Assembly (NCBI GenBank): GCA_040220235.1
Contig: JAVJTO010000102.1
Length of the DNA stretch: 64,000 nucleotides
Strand: one strand, 5' to 3'
Source of the DNA: Coleofasciculus sp. B1-GNL1-01
Lineage (GTDB): Bacteria > Cyanobacteriota > Cyanobacteriia > Cyanobacteriales > Coleofasciculaceae
Part shown: positions 31,158 to 41,984 of the stretch, piece by piece
Layout of the letters: each line of letters begins with the position of its first letter
How positions within the stretch are numbered: the stretch's first letter is position 1
Position numbers and translations under genes: made by a program
The notes under the pieces: model-generated
Told to the model about the DNA's origin: nothing
Seen by the model: only the letters and a program-made list of their open reading frames with translations
Database searches by the model: none

Positions 31158-31412
31158 AACCGATGAAAAAATAAGTGATTTGACAGGGAGGAACGTCTAA
31201 GGTAACAGAATGTGAACGCTTTGCCCATTATCCTGCATTCGGTGGTCATTGTCTTTGTCTTCCCACCAACTTCATCGTCTCTGGCTAGAGGAAGATGTTG
31301 ATCTAACCACAGATTCTAAGCAAACTCTACCGATCGGAGGGCGATCCCTGTTTGTAAAGTTTGGTAAACATAAGAGTAGAGATATTTTGTTGTATTAGAG
31401 GAAAGAAACTAT

Positions 31413-31943
31413 ATGGCTTCTACTCAACCAACTGGTGTAAACCCAGCCCGCTCTGAGGAGACGAAAAACATAACCCAATCATTTGAGGGATTGGGTACAG
31501 ATGACAAACTAGCGTTACTTTACTACATCTACAAAAAAATGGGTGATTCGATCACACCAGCAGCACCCACAGCGGCTGATGCGGAAATCTCCCCCCAACT
31601 ACTGCGAGACTTCTACAACCTTTCAGATGATCAGCAGCTAGCCGCAATGCGAGACATCGTAAATTGTGAGGATACACAAGTATCACGGGCGTATGGGGCA
31701 TTGAGTGAAAATAACCAATTGTTAGTCTGGTATGCTTGGGCGCAAGGAATGGGTGATACGGTTGTCGATATGCCCTTAAACTACAAAGCCCAGTCAGAGG
31801 TGAATTCGATTCTATCCCAAATCGAAACGCTAGATTTCGAGGGGCAAATCTCCCTACTCCGCCAAGTTGCTGGTGATATGGGTTACAGTCCCGTTGACCC
31901 CGTTCCCAGCCAGGAAGAAACCGGAAAAACCCCCAGTTTATAG
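31413..31943 (+). CDS. Helical carotenoid protein (OCP N-terminal domain only)
   Basis: DDKLALLYYIYKKMGDSITPAAP, SRAYGALSENNQLLVWY, LDFEGQISLLR. Confidence 0.9.
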   Translation: MASTQPTGVNPARSEETKNITQSFEGLGTDDKLALLYYIYKKMGDSITPAAPTAADAEISPQLLRDFYNLSDDQQLAAMRDIVNCEDTQVSRAYGALSENNQLLVWYAWAQGMGDTVVDMPLNYKAQSEVNSILSQIETLDFEGQISLLRQVAGDMGYSPVDPVPSQEETGKTPSL

Positions 31944-32096
31944 GTTTTCCAGGGAGCGGGGAAATTTTGAGTTTTGAGGGAAGTAGGGGCGGGTTTAGGG
32001 ACTTTATGCGTGGCGATTGATGGTAACGTTTCTACAAAACCCGCCCTGACTCAGTGTTGACTTTTAAGTTATAGCTGTCGCTCTAAAGGTGAGGAT

Positions 32097-32189
32097 GAAT
32101 GGTACTGATTTAAGGCTGGTGAGCAGTACCCACCCTACGGTATATCAAGGGTTTCGGCGAGTCAAAACTGCCAATTTTCAGTACCATTC
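32097..32189. mobile_element. MITE-like element with 12-bp inverted ends
   Basis: gaatggtactga / tcagtaccattc enclosing a REP-like core. Confidence 0.55.
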
Positions 32190-32206
32190 AGATTAGGATA
32201 GTTTTT

Positions 32207-32268
32207 CTTCCCCAGCCTCCTCATCTCCCCCAGCTTCCCCAACTCCCTCAGCTCCCCCACTTCCCCTA
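32207..32268. repeat. 9-mer short tandem repeat (ctYccccaN)
   Basis: cttccccag-like units; same family at 39211-39279 and 61730-61770. Confidence 0.85.
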
Positions 32269-32399
32269 ATCTGAAAACGTCCGTGATAAGTTCGATGGTG
32301 AGATAGAGTTGGATACTTGGATAATGGATGGATTTAGTGGTATTCATACCCTTTAACCGTCTCACCAAATCCAACCCGGACTTATCGAGGATGATGACA

Positions 32400-32822
32400 A
32401 TGACCATTAACACGGCGAAGATTGAGAACATTTTGCAGAATTTTGTGACGGGCACCAGTGAGGTTCAGGGAGCAGCTTTGGTGTCTCCAGACGGGCTACC
32501 CTTAGCTTCAAGCTTGCCTAATGAGATGGATGAAGAACGAGTTTCCGCCATGTCAGCGGCGATGCTATCGTTGGGAGAGCGGATTGGCTCAGAGTTGTCC
32601 CGAGGCTTTCTTGATCGCATCTACGTAGAAGGCGATCGCGGCTACGGCATTTTGACCAACTGCGGCGAATATGCGGTGTTACTGGTTTTAGCCAGCAAAG
32701 CGGCGAAACAAGGTGTACTGTTGCTGGAAATTAAGCGTGTGATTCCAGAGTTGAAGGCGGCGCTTGATCCAATCCGGAAAATATCAGGAGCGTATGACAC
32801 TCAATCACAGGTCGCTGAATAA
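32400..32822 (+). CDS. Roadblock/LC7 (MglB-like) protein
   Basis: VQGAALVSPDGLPLAS..DEERVSAMSAAMLSLGERI; start could be 32391/32394. Confidence 0.92.
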   Translation: MTINTAKIENILQNFVTGTSEVQGAALVSPDGLPLASSLPNEMDEERVSAMSAAMLSLGERIGSELSRGFLDRIYVEGDRGYGILTNCGEYAVLLVLASKAAKQGVLLLEIKRVIPELKAALDPIRKISGAYDTQSQVAE

Positions 32823-33161
32823 TTCATGACCACGACAAGAACCACAATTGCTCTCCTACCTCTATCATGGCTGTGACGAGGTGGGATACTCTCTTACACT
32901 GCCGAAGCGTGAGAAGCGTGAGTTTGCCCAGAATGTAGTGTGGGCTTGAGTTTCAGCTCAAATACAGGATAGAGATTTAATCCCCATAGCTCTATCACGT
33001 CGGTAAGGTACGCTAAAGCGCTGCTCACAGATAAGTCTTGAACTTGGAAGAATCCTGAAAACCGACACCCAATCTTGAATCAGGCAGTGTAAACTTGTCC
33101 TGACTGTTGCTTTGGCGCTCTGACTGATGTTGCCAAGGTTAGGATAACACGATTACTATAG

Positions 33162-33181
33162 ATCATAAAGATATTTATGAT
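33162..33181. promoter_or_regulatory. Palindrome ATCATAAA-N4-TTTATGAT upstream of the DUF4388/GTPase genes
   Basis: Perfect 8-bp arms, but in an AT-rich context. Confidence 0.35.
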
Positions 33182-33298
33182 TTATCTAAGATAAGTAACA
33201 AAAAATTGATTATTCTTCAATTGGAATTGTAAACCTAAGACAATAAGTCTAGAGTTTGCCTATTTTTTGACAAGTTTTTAGCAAGTAGTGAACAAGTA

Positions 33299-34165
33299 AT
33301 GGCAATTACAAGCTGTTTGTCGGAGTTTTCTCTCCCTGAACTATTTCAATTTCTGGATCAAGGCAGCAAAACCGGATTGCTGACCTTGCGGTTTCTGACG
33401 GAGAATCATGAGAAACGAGTACGCCATGTACTCTTACATCAAGGTCGCATTGTCGCTGTGACCAATCGCTTGGATCACCAGTGCTTACTCGCCATGATTG
33501 TACAACGCGGCTGGATTAGCCCGGAAGTGTTGCGAGAGCAGGTGAACCGTTGCCCAGCCAATATTCCGATTGGCTTATATTTAAAGACTCAATCGTTTCT
33601 CCAGCCGGAACAACTCAGACTGTTGTTCCACGCTCAAGTTCTACGGCAAGTCTGTGGTTTGTTTCGGCTGAGAGAGGCTCGATTTAAATTTGATACTAAA
33701 GCCACTTTGCCCACGACGGAAATGACTGGCTTAAGCCTCAGCGCCACCGAAGCCACGTTAATGGGTTTACGAGTGTTAAGAGACTGGGTATTATTAGCAA
33801 ACAAACTGCCAGAACCAACCTCCGCCCTGTCGAGAGTAGTGATTGGCAAGCGTCATCTACGCTTGGATTCGGTGGAAGGGCAAGTTTGGCAGCGATCAAA
33901 TGGCTCGATTTCTCTGAATACAATGGCAACTCAGCTCAAACAACCCATAGAAATAATTCAACAAACGGCATTCCGACTGATTAGCGTGGGTTTAGTCCAA
34001 GAAGTCCCAATGATGACGGCGACGTCTCGTTCTAAAGCAATGGCAGAAGATGTGTTAGAGCCTGTAGCTGCTGGAACCAATCACGGCAGTAAAGAGGATA
34101 ATGGCTCTGAGGTTAGTCCTTCGTTTATGCAAAACTTGCTGGGTTTCTTGAGGAGCAGCAAGTAA
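33299..34165 (+). CDS. DUF4388/PATAN domain protein
   Basis: LSEFSLPELFQFLDQGSKTGLLTL..QGRIVA; C-terminal wHTH-like region. Confidence 0.88.
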   Translation: MAITSCLSEFSLPELFQFLDQGSKTGLLTLRFLTENHEKRVRHVLLHQGRIVAVTNRLDHQCLLAMIVQRGWISPEVLREQVNRCPANIPIGLYLKTQSFLQPEQLRLLFHAQVLRQVCGLFRLREARFKFDTKATLPTTEMTGLSLSATEATLMGLRVLRDWVLLANKLPEPTSALSRVVIGKRHLRLDSVEGQVWQRSNGSISLNTMATQLKQPIEIIQQTAFRLISVGLVQEVPMMTATSRSKAMAEDVLEPVAAGTNHGSKEDNGSEVSPSFMQNLLGFLRSSK

Positions 34166-34167
34166 CG

Positions 34168-34710
34168 GTGGAAATTATGCGTCTAGTTGTTACGGGTACA
34201 GTGGGTGCTGGTAAGTCCACCTTCATTCGCTCAGTTAGCGAGATTGCTGTAGTTGATACAGATCGACTCTCAACCGATCAAACTACTGACATTAAGAAAA
34301 AAACAACCGTAGCGATGGACTTTGGACGCTTACAATTTGCCCCAGAAATGGCATTGCATCTCTATGGTACACCCGGACAAGCTCGCTTCGATTTTATGTG
34401 GGATATCTTGATTCGCAAAGCCCATGCTTATATCCTTTTGGTAGATGCTCACCGTCCTAGCGATTTTCGCTCAGCCCGCAAGCTGCTCGCGTTTATGAAA
34501 CAGAGAGTAGACATTCCCATGCTAATTGGCTTGACCCACAGAGATTGTGAAGGCGCTTGGTCTGAAGAAAATGTCGCGATCGCTCTAGGGTTTGTCGATG
34601 AAAAAACTCGTCCACCTTTCGTTACCTTAAATGCGAATGAAAAAGATTCAGTTATTGATACTCTAATTGTCTTAATTGAACATTATTTAAATTGTGTTGT
34701 TAAAACATAA
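34168..34710 (+). CDS. MglA-like small GTPase (ATP_bind_1)
   Basis: GTVGAGKST, TTVAMDFG, GTPGQ.RF, THRD. Confidence 0.93.
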   Translation: MEIMRLVVTGTVGAGKSTFIRSVSEIAVVDTDRLSTDQTTDIKKKTTVAMDFGRLQFAPEMALHLYGTPGQARFDFMWDILIRKAHAYILLVDAHRPSDFRSARKLLAFMKQRVDIPMLIGLTHRDCEGAWSEENVAIALGFVDEKTRPPFVTLNANEKDSVIDTLIVLIEHYLNCVVKT

Positions 34711-35113
34711 AAGTTTGGGCATTTTTATTTTTTATAAATAAAATCTATATAAAATTAATTTTACATCACTATACTATATTTAATTACAGCAGTTTGCTCT
34801 GCTATGCGGTACATTGTCGATCCCCCTAAATCCCATTTTTGTAAATCATTATGGATCGTGTGAGCATTTTGTTCATATCTAGAAGTAAGCTAGTCAGATG
34901 CTTGTGCTTCATGCAGGCTTCGGCGTCCTCGCTACTTGGGCTGAAGTGACAGGACCATGCTGAAAAAATTAAGACTATCGGCTAATATGAATAATTGTTA
35001 AGCTATAATATTATTAAGAAAATATAAAATTAAGCTAACTTCCTTTAAAGCTTCAACACGTCCTGCCTGATTGAAGTCTGCGCTGATGCTCTTAAAACTG
35101 TCCTTTTAAAACT

Positions 35114-35980
35114 ATGGCTATTACAGGATACTTATCTGACTTGTCTCTTCCCGAACTGTTTCATTTGATTGAACAAGGGAAAAAAACCGGGTTACTCACA
35201 TTACGCACCGCATTAACCATACCATCAATTCCCTATTATGTATGGGTTCACCAAGGTCGTATTGTCGCGACAGCTAATCGCTTGAATGGTCAAGGTTTAA
35301 TCGCCCTGATTGAGCAATACCAGTGGGTGAGCGATCGCGTGGTCGCCAAATTAGTCCAATGGTGCTGTCCGACGGGAAAACCTCTGGGGTTGTGTCTCAA
35401 AAATCACGGTGTTTTACAAACCGAACATCTTAAGCAGTTATTCCAAGTTCAGGTTTTACAGCAAATCGGTACTCTGTTTCAACTCAAAGATGCTCAATTT
35501 AAATTCGAGCAGAATGTACCCCTACCTGGGCGAGAAATGACGGGGTTGAGCATACCCGCCACTGAAGCCACGTTAATGGGATTGAGGGTGCTGCCAAACT
35601 GGGATACCTTAGCTGATAAATTACCTGATCCTAATAGCGGTTTAATCAGTACAAAGACAGGTCAACTTCGTTACCGATTAGATCCGGTCGAATGGCAGAT
35701 TTGGGAGTACACAAAAGGGACAGTTTCGCTGAAAATGATTGCCAGGGAACTACGACTCCCAATAGAAAAAGTTCAGCAAATTGCTTTTGCCCTGATTACA
35801 GTCGGTTTAGCCGAAGAAGTGCCGTTATTCGTGGGAAATCTACCCACTCAATCCGTTGAACCCTTACCCGCGCAATTGACGGAAGAATCGGAAAGTAAAA
35901 CGCTCAGTCAATCTTTCGTACAAAACTTTATGAGTTTTTTGCGGAACAGTAAAACAAAACCGATATCAGTTGGAACTTAA
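35114..35980 (+). CDS. DUF4388/PATAN domain protein, paralogue 2
   Basis: Colinear with 33299..34165 (EMTGLS..ATEATLMGLRVL). Confidence 0.88.
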   Translation: MAITGYLSDLSLPELFHLIEQGKKTGLLTLRTALTIPSIPYYVWVHQGRIVATANRLNGQGLIALIEQYQWVSDRVVAKLVQWCCPTGKPLGLCLKNHGVLQTEHLKQLFQVQVLQQIGTLFQLKDAQFKFEQNVPLPGREMTGLSIPATEATLMGLRVLPNWDTLADKLPDPNSGLISTKTGQLRYRLDPVEWQIWEYTKGTVSLKMIARELRLPIEKVQQIAFALITVGLAEEVPLFVGNLPTQSVEPLPAQLTEESESKTLSQSFVQNFMSFLRNSKTKPISVGT

Positions 35981-36136
35981 GTTCTGAGATTTGAGGAAAG
36001 TAGGGGCGGGTTTCACTACTATCATTTTGGTTTCACCTAGATGCGACTAAACCCGCCCTGACCGAGTTTTGAGTGGCGCTGGCTTTTTGGTTCCAAATCT
36101 TGTCGGGTATTACAATTAGCAAGGAACCATGAACCA

Positions 36137-36901
36137 CTACCCTGTTGCCACTTGTACCATTTCCTCTGGCGTCAAATAAGAATAAATCACCTCTCCATCC
36201 CGAAACCAAACAATACGCTTCGTCAAACGAGCGACATCCGGTTCGTGAGTCACCATCACCACCGTAATTCCCTCCTCATTGAGTTGACTGAATAACCCAA
36301 TCACTTCAGCCGTCGTATGAGAATCCAGCGCCCCGGTTGGTTCATCTGCCAAAAGTAATACGGGTTGATTGACGATCGCCCGGGCAATGGCTACCCGTTG
36401 CTGTTGTCCACCAGACAGTTGATTGGGCTTATTTAACTGGCGATTTTCCAAGCCAACCCGTTTTAAAGCACTCATGGCGCGATCGCGGCGTTCTTGGGGA
36501 GAAATTCCAGCATACACCATAGGCAACATCACATTTTCCAAAGCAGTGAGTTGCGGCAGAAGATGAAATTGCTGAAACACAAAACCAATCTTGACATTGC
36601 GAATCCCAGCTAATTGAGTATCATCCAGATGAGAAACATCCACACCATCTAGGTAATAGCGTCCAGACGTGGGTTGGTCAAGACAGCCGATAACATTCAT
36701 GACCGTTGATTTTCCTGACCCCGACGCCCCCATAATTGAGCAGTATTCACCTTTCTCTATAGTTAGATTTACTTGGCTTAGGGCTTTGACTTCTGTGTTA
36801 CCTGTACCATAAACCTTAGAAATATTTTCTAGACGAATAATAATGGGTGGTTCCACTGCTGTTGAATGAAGGGACGATGGAAAATTGATAGAGTCGTGCA
36901 T
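36137..36901 (-). CDS. ABC transporter ATP-binding protein (MacB/LolD-like)
   Basis: GASGSGKST, LSGGQQQR, LLADEPTG, VTHE. Confidence 0.95.
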   Translation of the reverse strand: MHDSINFPSSLHSTAVEPPIIIRLENISKVYGTGNTEVKALSQVNLTIEKGEYCSIMGASGSGKSTVMNVIGCLDQPTSGRYYLDGVDVSHLDDTQLAGIRNVKIGFVFQQFHLLPQLTALENVMLPMVYAGISPQERRDRAMSALKRVGLENRQLNKPNQLSGGQQQRVAIARAIVNQPVLLLADEPTGALDSHTTAEVIGLFSQLNEEGITVVMVTHEPDVARLTKRIVWFRDGEVIYSYLTPEEMVQVATG

Positions 36902-36930
36902 ATAGTCCTACGGTTAAACAAGAAGACAAT

Positions 36931-37140
36931 TGTAGGGGCGGGTTTAGGAACTCAATTATGTATTCACCGATAACTAAACAACAAAACCCGCCCTACCCAC
37001 TGATAACGAACAAAAGCCTAAATAGTATTTTTGGTTTATAATCATGATATTTCATCTGTAGGGGCGGGTTTAGGGACTCAATTATGTCTTCACCGATAAC
37101 CAAACAACAAAACCCGCCCTACCCAATGATAACGGAATAA
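36931..37140. repeat. Two ~83-bp direct copies of a REP-like palindrome, 126 bp apart
   Basis: tgtaggggcgggtttagg.actcaattatgt.ttcaccgataac.aaacaacaaaacccgccctaccca at 36931 and 37057. Confidence 0.9.
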
Positions 37141-37164
37141 CTATAGATAGACTGGGTAAATTCA

Positions 37165-37524
37165 ATGCTGAAAAAACTGAGAGGTGGATTTTTAATGGGA
37201 ATTGGCTATATGCTCTCCCCGTTGTCTTGGTGGAATGACTTATTTTTTAATATGCCCATTGCCTACCTTTTTGCCTATCTGTTCAGTTGGATTTTTCCTG
37301 ACCTGTTTTTACCGCTCACCGCTGTTGGTTACTGGCTCTCCAATATTATAGGAATTTTAATGATGCAAATGGGGGCTACAGATATGTTTTTTGAGCAAAA
37401 GCAACGGAATCCTAAAAAAGATTTACTCATTGGTTTTGGGGCATCAACGGTTTATACATTAGTTGTTGTAGCACTGATGTATTTTCATGTTCTCGAATCT
37501 CCTGTATTTTTAGTTGATCAGTAG
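37165..37524 (+). CDS. Small membrane protein
   Basis: 3-4 TM segments; LSPLSWWND motif. Confidence 0.75.
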   Translation: MLKKLRGGFLMGIGYMLSPLSWWNDLFFNMPIAYLFAYLFSWIFPDLFLPLTAVGYWLSNIIGILMMQMGATDMFFEQKQRNPKKDLLIGFGASTVYTLVVVALMYFHVLESPVFLVDQ

Positions 37525-37632
37525 AACTCAATTTCATTTAAGTCAAGTTTTTTTATGGACATAATATAAAAGCATATTTTGTTGTTTATTTCTTGGTAAG
37601 GCAAGGCAGGTTTTTTTCATTTATCGGTGGGG

Positions 37633-37760
37633 TAAGCTGTTCGGCATTTAAACCTTAATATCAATAACGGCGAAAGCCTTGTAGTGCGTTTAGCGAAGCC
37701 ATGCCGCAGGCTTGGCATCTTGCTCGCTACTAATACCCAATTTAAATGCATGACAGCTTA
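37633..37760. mobile_element. 128-bp TA-flanked MITE, copy 2
   Basis: Near-identical to 21893-22020; inserted in the TA of a GTAGG.CGGG repeat. Confidence 0.9.
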
Positions 37761-37880
37761 GGACGGGTTTTATTGATACGTTATCGGTAAGGTAGGGCGG
37801 GTTTTGTTAGTACGTTATCGGTGACATGCCAATTGAGTTCCTAAACCCGCCCTTACAATTGACAGACGTGCCATGGCACT

Positions 37881-39098
37881 CTAAGCACTCCTCAACGCCA
37901 CAATTGGGTCAAGTTTCGCTGCTTGTCTGGCGGGAACGACGCCAAAAAATAAACCAATTCCTCCGGAAACGCCAACAGCTACGAGAATAGCAATGGGTGA
38001 AATTCCAGCTTTTAAGGGCGAGAAAGCACCAACCAGTAAAACACCGCTTACACCAATTGCGGTTCCAATAATTCCCCCGGCGGCGGAGAGAATAATTGCC
38101 TCAATCATAAACTGAATTAGGATATCCTGTTCTCTAGCACCCACGGCTTTCCGTAGTCCAATTTCCTGGGTTCGTTCCCTAACTGATACCAGCATAATGT
38201 TCATCACACCGATACCGCCAACAACTAAGGAAATGGCTGCGATCGCGGCGAGCATGATTGTTAATGCACCTGTCACCGTATTGACGATTTGTAAGATATC
38301 CTCCTGAGTCTGAACACCAAAATCATCTTCACCCACAATTTTATGGCGTCGCCGCAGTAAGTTTTCAATTTGAAACTGAGCTGCACTAATACTATCTCGA
38401 TCCCTAGCCGAAACCGCAATCCAGCTTACTTGAACCCCATAAGGCGAAGTGCGTCCCCGCAATCGATTCGCCATCGTACTTAAAGGGATAAACACCGCAT
38501 CATCCTGGTTATTGCCTAAAAAAGTACCTTTGGGTTCCATCACCCCGATAACTTCAAAGCTAACATCTTTAATTCGCACCGATTGACCAATCGGATCTTG
38601 GTAGCCAAATAATTTTTCGACAACTTCAGAACCCAGAACGACAACTTGGTTGTTGCGTTTGATGTCAATATCGGTAAAAAACCGTCCTTTTTCAACATTA
38701 AAGCTGCGAACCGATAGAAATTCTGGGGTTGTTCCGGTTACCAATGAATTACTATTGCGATTGCGGTAGGTAATTAAATATCTCAAATTAATTTGCGGAG
38801 CGACTTCGGCAACGGCTGGAACTTGAGTCGCGATCGCCTGAGCATCTTCCCAAACTAATGTTTTAGGAAAATCAACGGTTGTCTGTTGCGCTTCACGAGA
38901 GCCGGGAATCACAAATAGGACATTAGGTCCGAGAGCTTCAAACTGTTCAGAGGCTAGTTTTTGCGCTCCTTGTCCAATTCCCACCATCGCGATCACTGAG
39001 GCATTCCCAATTATAATGCCCAACATGGTTAAGCTACTGCGTAGCTTGTTCGCCATCAACGTGGTAGATGCCATTTTGATGCTTTCTACAATATCCAT
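37881..39098 (-). CDS. ABC transporter permease (MacB/FtsX type)
   Basis: NKLRSSLTMLGIIIG; GGIGVMNIMLVSVRERTQEIGLRKAVGA. Confidence 0.95.
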   Translation of the reverse strand: MDIVESIKMASTTLMANKLRSSLTMLGIIIGNASVIAMVGIGQGAQKLASEQFEALGPNVLFVIPGSREAQQTTVDFPKTLVWEDAQAIATQVPAVAEVAPQINLRYLITYRNRNSNSLVTGTTPEFLSVRSFNVEKGRFFTDIDIKRNNQVVVLGSEVVEKLFGYQDPIGQSVRIKDVSFEVIGVMEPKGTFLGNNQDDAVFIPLSTMANRLRGRTSPYGVQVSWIAVSARDRDSISAAQFQIENLLRRRHKIVGEDDFGVQTQEDILQIVNTVTGALTIMLAAIAAISLVVGGIGVMNIMLVSVRERTQEIGLRKAVGAREQDILIQFMIEAIILSAAGGIIGTAIGVSGVLLVGAFSPLKAGISPIAILVAVGVSGGIGLFFGVVPARQAAKLDPIVALRSA

Positions 39099-39210
39099 TT
39101 TGTGAATTATGAATTAGAAATTATGATTATAGATTTTTGGGTTCGTCAGCTTTCCAGACACGAATCCCCTTCTCCCAATACTGTTCGGATAAGCTTTAAT
39201 TTCATTTATT

Positions 39211-39279
39211 CTTCCCCATCTTCCCCATCTTCCCCATCTTCCCCATCTTCCCCATCTCCCCCAGCTTCCCCAGCTCTCC
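39211..39279. repeat. cttccccat nonamer tandem repeat
   Basis: About 7 units between the MFP and permease genes. Confidence 0.9.
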
Positions 39280-39286
39280 TTTTCTC

Positions 39287-40720
39287 CTACTCTTCTTCTT
39301 CAGGATTATAGTTTTCAGGTAAATCAATAAACACCCTTTCTCCTTCTCTCAATCCCCGGATAATCTGAGTTTTATCCTCAATAGTTGCTCCAATTGTGAC
39401 CGGTTTAAACTTAGGCTGATCTTCAAAATCAGGAACCATAACCCCAGTTTCGCCCTCTTGCGTCACCACCGCCACTGTCGGAACAACCAGAGCATCGCTA
39501 ATCGGTTTTCCTAAAAATGTCAGGTCAACGTTCATTCCAGAGCGCAATTTCTCCTGCGCTTCCGGCGCTAGGACAACTCGCACTCGAAACGATGTAACAT
39601 CATTTATCTCAACAGCTTCTGGAGCAACCAACCTAACCTGACCTCGGAAAGCCTGATCCGGAAACGCATCTGAGGTAACTTGTACTTGCTGTTTTTCTTG
39701 AATTTGTCCAATATCAACTTCGGGAACTTCAGCCAGAACCTCTAGTTGTTGGGTGGCTAATGCGACGATTGATGTAGAGGTCGCTGAAGCTGTACTTGAT
39801 GCCGAGGTTGTTGGCGTGACAAATGCGCCAACCGTGGCATATTTCTGAGTAATAATTCCCGGAAAAGGCGCACGAATAATCGTGTCTATCCCTTGGATTT
39901 CAGCAGCCAGTACTTGAGCGTTAGCTGCTTCTACGGCTGCTTCAAGTTGGACAATCTCGGCTTCGTAGGTTTCCTGAAGTTGTTGCCATGTCAAGTCAGC
40001 TTCTTTAACCGCAGCTTTGAGTTGAACAATCTCTGGGCTGGTTTCATCCTCTTTAGTCTTACGTACTTGCTCTAAACGTTGTTGAGCTTCATAAAACTGG
40101 GCGGTGGCGGTACGGAATTCAGCCAATGTCTCATCGAACTGATCTTGGGATATGGCTCCCTTTTCTACCAAGTCCTTATACCGTTTAACTCGTTCTTGAG
40201 CTAAATTTAAACGGGAACGAGCAGTGAGGACTTGAGCGAAAGCTTGTTTAATTTCGCTGGGATTACCGGCTTGGGCTTCAGCAAGACGGGCTTGTGCCTG
40301 TATGAGTCGCTGTTTGGCTTGGGCAATTTCTTTAGGACGACTGACTTGGGTTTCCTTTAAACGAGCTTGTGCTTGCTTTCGTTCAGCTCTGGCGGCTACA
40401 AACCGAGCTTTAAGATCCTCTTGCTCCATTACCGCCACCACGTCTCCCGCGTCAACCTGATCCCCTTGTTCGACTTCCAGCTTGACCAAACGACCCGCCG
40501 TTTTCGGACTCAGGTTAACGGTTTGAACGGGTTGTACCGTACCATTTGCCGTGATTCGCACGGCTAAATCCTGCACATCCACTGGCACAGTCAGTTCATC
40601 AAGATCAAGTTGGTCTGGTTTTGCCGCAACCACCCAATAATATCCCGCACCACCCACGACAACAAGGCTGGCTGTGATGAATCCCATTACCCAAGGGAGA
40701 GGATTATTGTCTTTACCCAT
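39287..40720 (-). CDS. Efflux periplasmic adaptor subunit (MacA/HlyD family)
   Basis: N-terminal TM, lipoyl-like VEQGDQV, coiled coil, IRAPFPG. Confidence 0.93.
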   Translation of the reverse strand: MGKDNNPLPWVMGFITASLVVVGGAGYYWVVAAKPDQLDLDELTVPVDVQDLAVRITANGTVQPVQTVNLSPKTAGRLVKLEVEQGDQVDAGDVVAVMEQEDLKARFVAARAERKQAQARLKETQVSRPKEIAQAKQRLIQAQARLAEAQAGNPSEIKQAFAQVLTARSRLNLAQERVKRYKDLVEKGAISQDQFDETLAEFRTATAQFYEAQQRLEQVRKTKEDETSPEIVQLKAAVKEADLTWQQLQETYEAEIVQLEAAVEAANAQVLAAEIQGIDTIIRAPFPGIITQKYATVGAFVTPTTSASSTASATSTSIVALATQQLEVLAEVPEVDIGQIQEKQQVQVTSDAFPDQAFRGQVRLVAPEAVEINDVTSFRVRVVLAPEAQEKLRSGMNVDLTFLGKPISDALVVPTVAVVTQEGETGVMVPDFEDQPKFKPVTIGATIEDKTQIIRGLREGERVFIDLPENYNPEEEE

Positions 40721-41090
40721 AGTCTGTGTCAGGTTCCCTCATTAATCTGTTACAGCAGAATTCTTGCTTTTAAGGAGTGAACACTTATTTTCCTCGCAAG
40801 GCGCAAAAACAAACAATCAATCATCTGTTTCCGTTACACCGATTTGGCTATCTCGGTTGGTGCTACGTCAACGACGCCCGTCTAAGCCGTTCAAGTTCCT
40901 TTATTCCTATACTAACCGTACTAACGAAGGGCATCCTCAATTTAGGTTATGGGTTTTCTCCAGAAGATTAGCGATAAAACCCGCCCCGACATCCCTGCTG
41001 CTTCAGTCTTCCACATCATTCCCTGGACGAGAACGCCAGTAAGAGTGCTAACGTAGCTGAAGATTCTTTGTTGTGGTTTGAGACTTCACC

Positions 41091-41984
41091 GTGTTCAAAC
41101 GTATTCTGTTATTGCCTATTTTTGTTCTGCTGGCTTGGCTGACCAAACCTGCTCCTGTGTCCGCCCAAGCCCTGCTTCCCTATACTTTACAGCTCGATGC
41201 TGAGGAATTAGAGCAGCAAGGCTTGAATCTAGCGCAGGATGCCGTTCAGCTTACCCGTTTCCAGCAATACGATCTGGCATTGTCTAGAGCTAAACTAGCA
41301 ACTCAGCTTGCTCCCAATAGTTTTGAAACGTGGTTTATTTTGGGAACCTTGTATGTCCAAAACCAGCAATTCGACGAGGGAATTGAGGCACTCTCTAAGG
41401 CTCAATCCTTGAAGCCTGAAGAGGCTGGTGTTCTCTTTTCCTTAGGCAATGTCTATTTTCAGAAAGAGGAGTATCGAAAAGCCGTGTCTAGTTTAGAAGC
41501 TGGCTTGAAGATAGAACCTGAGGTTCCCGAAGCGCTCTTTGATCTAGGCAACGCCTACTATATGCTGGATCAGTATTCAAAGGCGATCGCCGCATACCAA
41601 AAAGCGGCAGATCAGGAACCCAGTGATACGTGGCCCGTGTGGCCCGCGATCAATAATATCGGATTGGTCAAGTATGAACAGGGGGATGTGGCTGGCGCGA
41701 TTGACAAATGGCAAGCCGCGATCGCGATTGATCCAGAAGCAGCTGAACCGAAGCTGGCTGTAGCCGTAGCACTTTATACCCAAGGGGAGCAAGACAGAGG
41801 ACTGACTCTAGGAGAAACAGCCCTCCGCTCAGATGAGCGTTATGCTGATTTAGAGTTCCTCAAAGAAAATCTTTGGGGGGAACGTCTGATGTCTGATACT
41901 CAAAAATTCTTGGCAAACCCCAGAATTCAGGCAACCATTGCCCCCGGTAACAACGCTCCTGTACAAGTAGACGTTACCCCTTGA
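41091..41984 (+). CDS. TPR repeat protein with signal peptide
   Basis: AQA cleavage-like site; repeated LG..Y....Y..A TPR pattern. Confidence 0.9.
   Translation: MFKRILLLPIFVLLAWLTKPAPVSAQALLPYTLQLDAEELEQQGLNLAQDAVQLTRFQQYDLALSRAKLATQLAPNSFETWFILGTLYVQNQQFDEGIEALSKAQSLKPEEAGVLFSLGNVYFQKEEYRKAVSSLEAGLKIEPEVPEALFDLGNAYYMLDQYSKAIAAYQKAADQEPSDTWPVWPAINNIGLVKYEQGDVAGAIDKWQAAIAIDPEAAEPKLAVAVALYTQGEQDRGLTLGETALRSDERYADLEFLKENLWGERLMSDTQKFLANPRIQATIAPGNNAPVQVDVTP

Noticed and set aside
32162..32455. 97-aa minus ORF with GELRELG repeats, and 39102..39311 with SPS repeats
   Set aside because: Translations of intergenic nonamer tandem repeats.
36931..37140. Repeat-spacer-repeat resembling CRISPR
   Set aside because: Only two ~83-bp units of a dispersed REP-like family; no cas genes.
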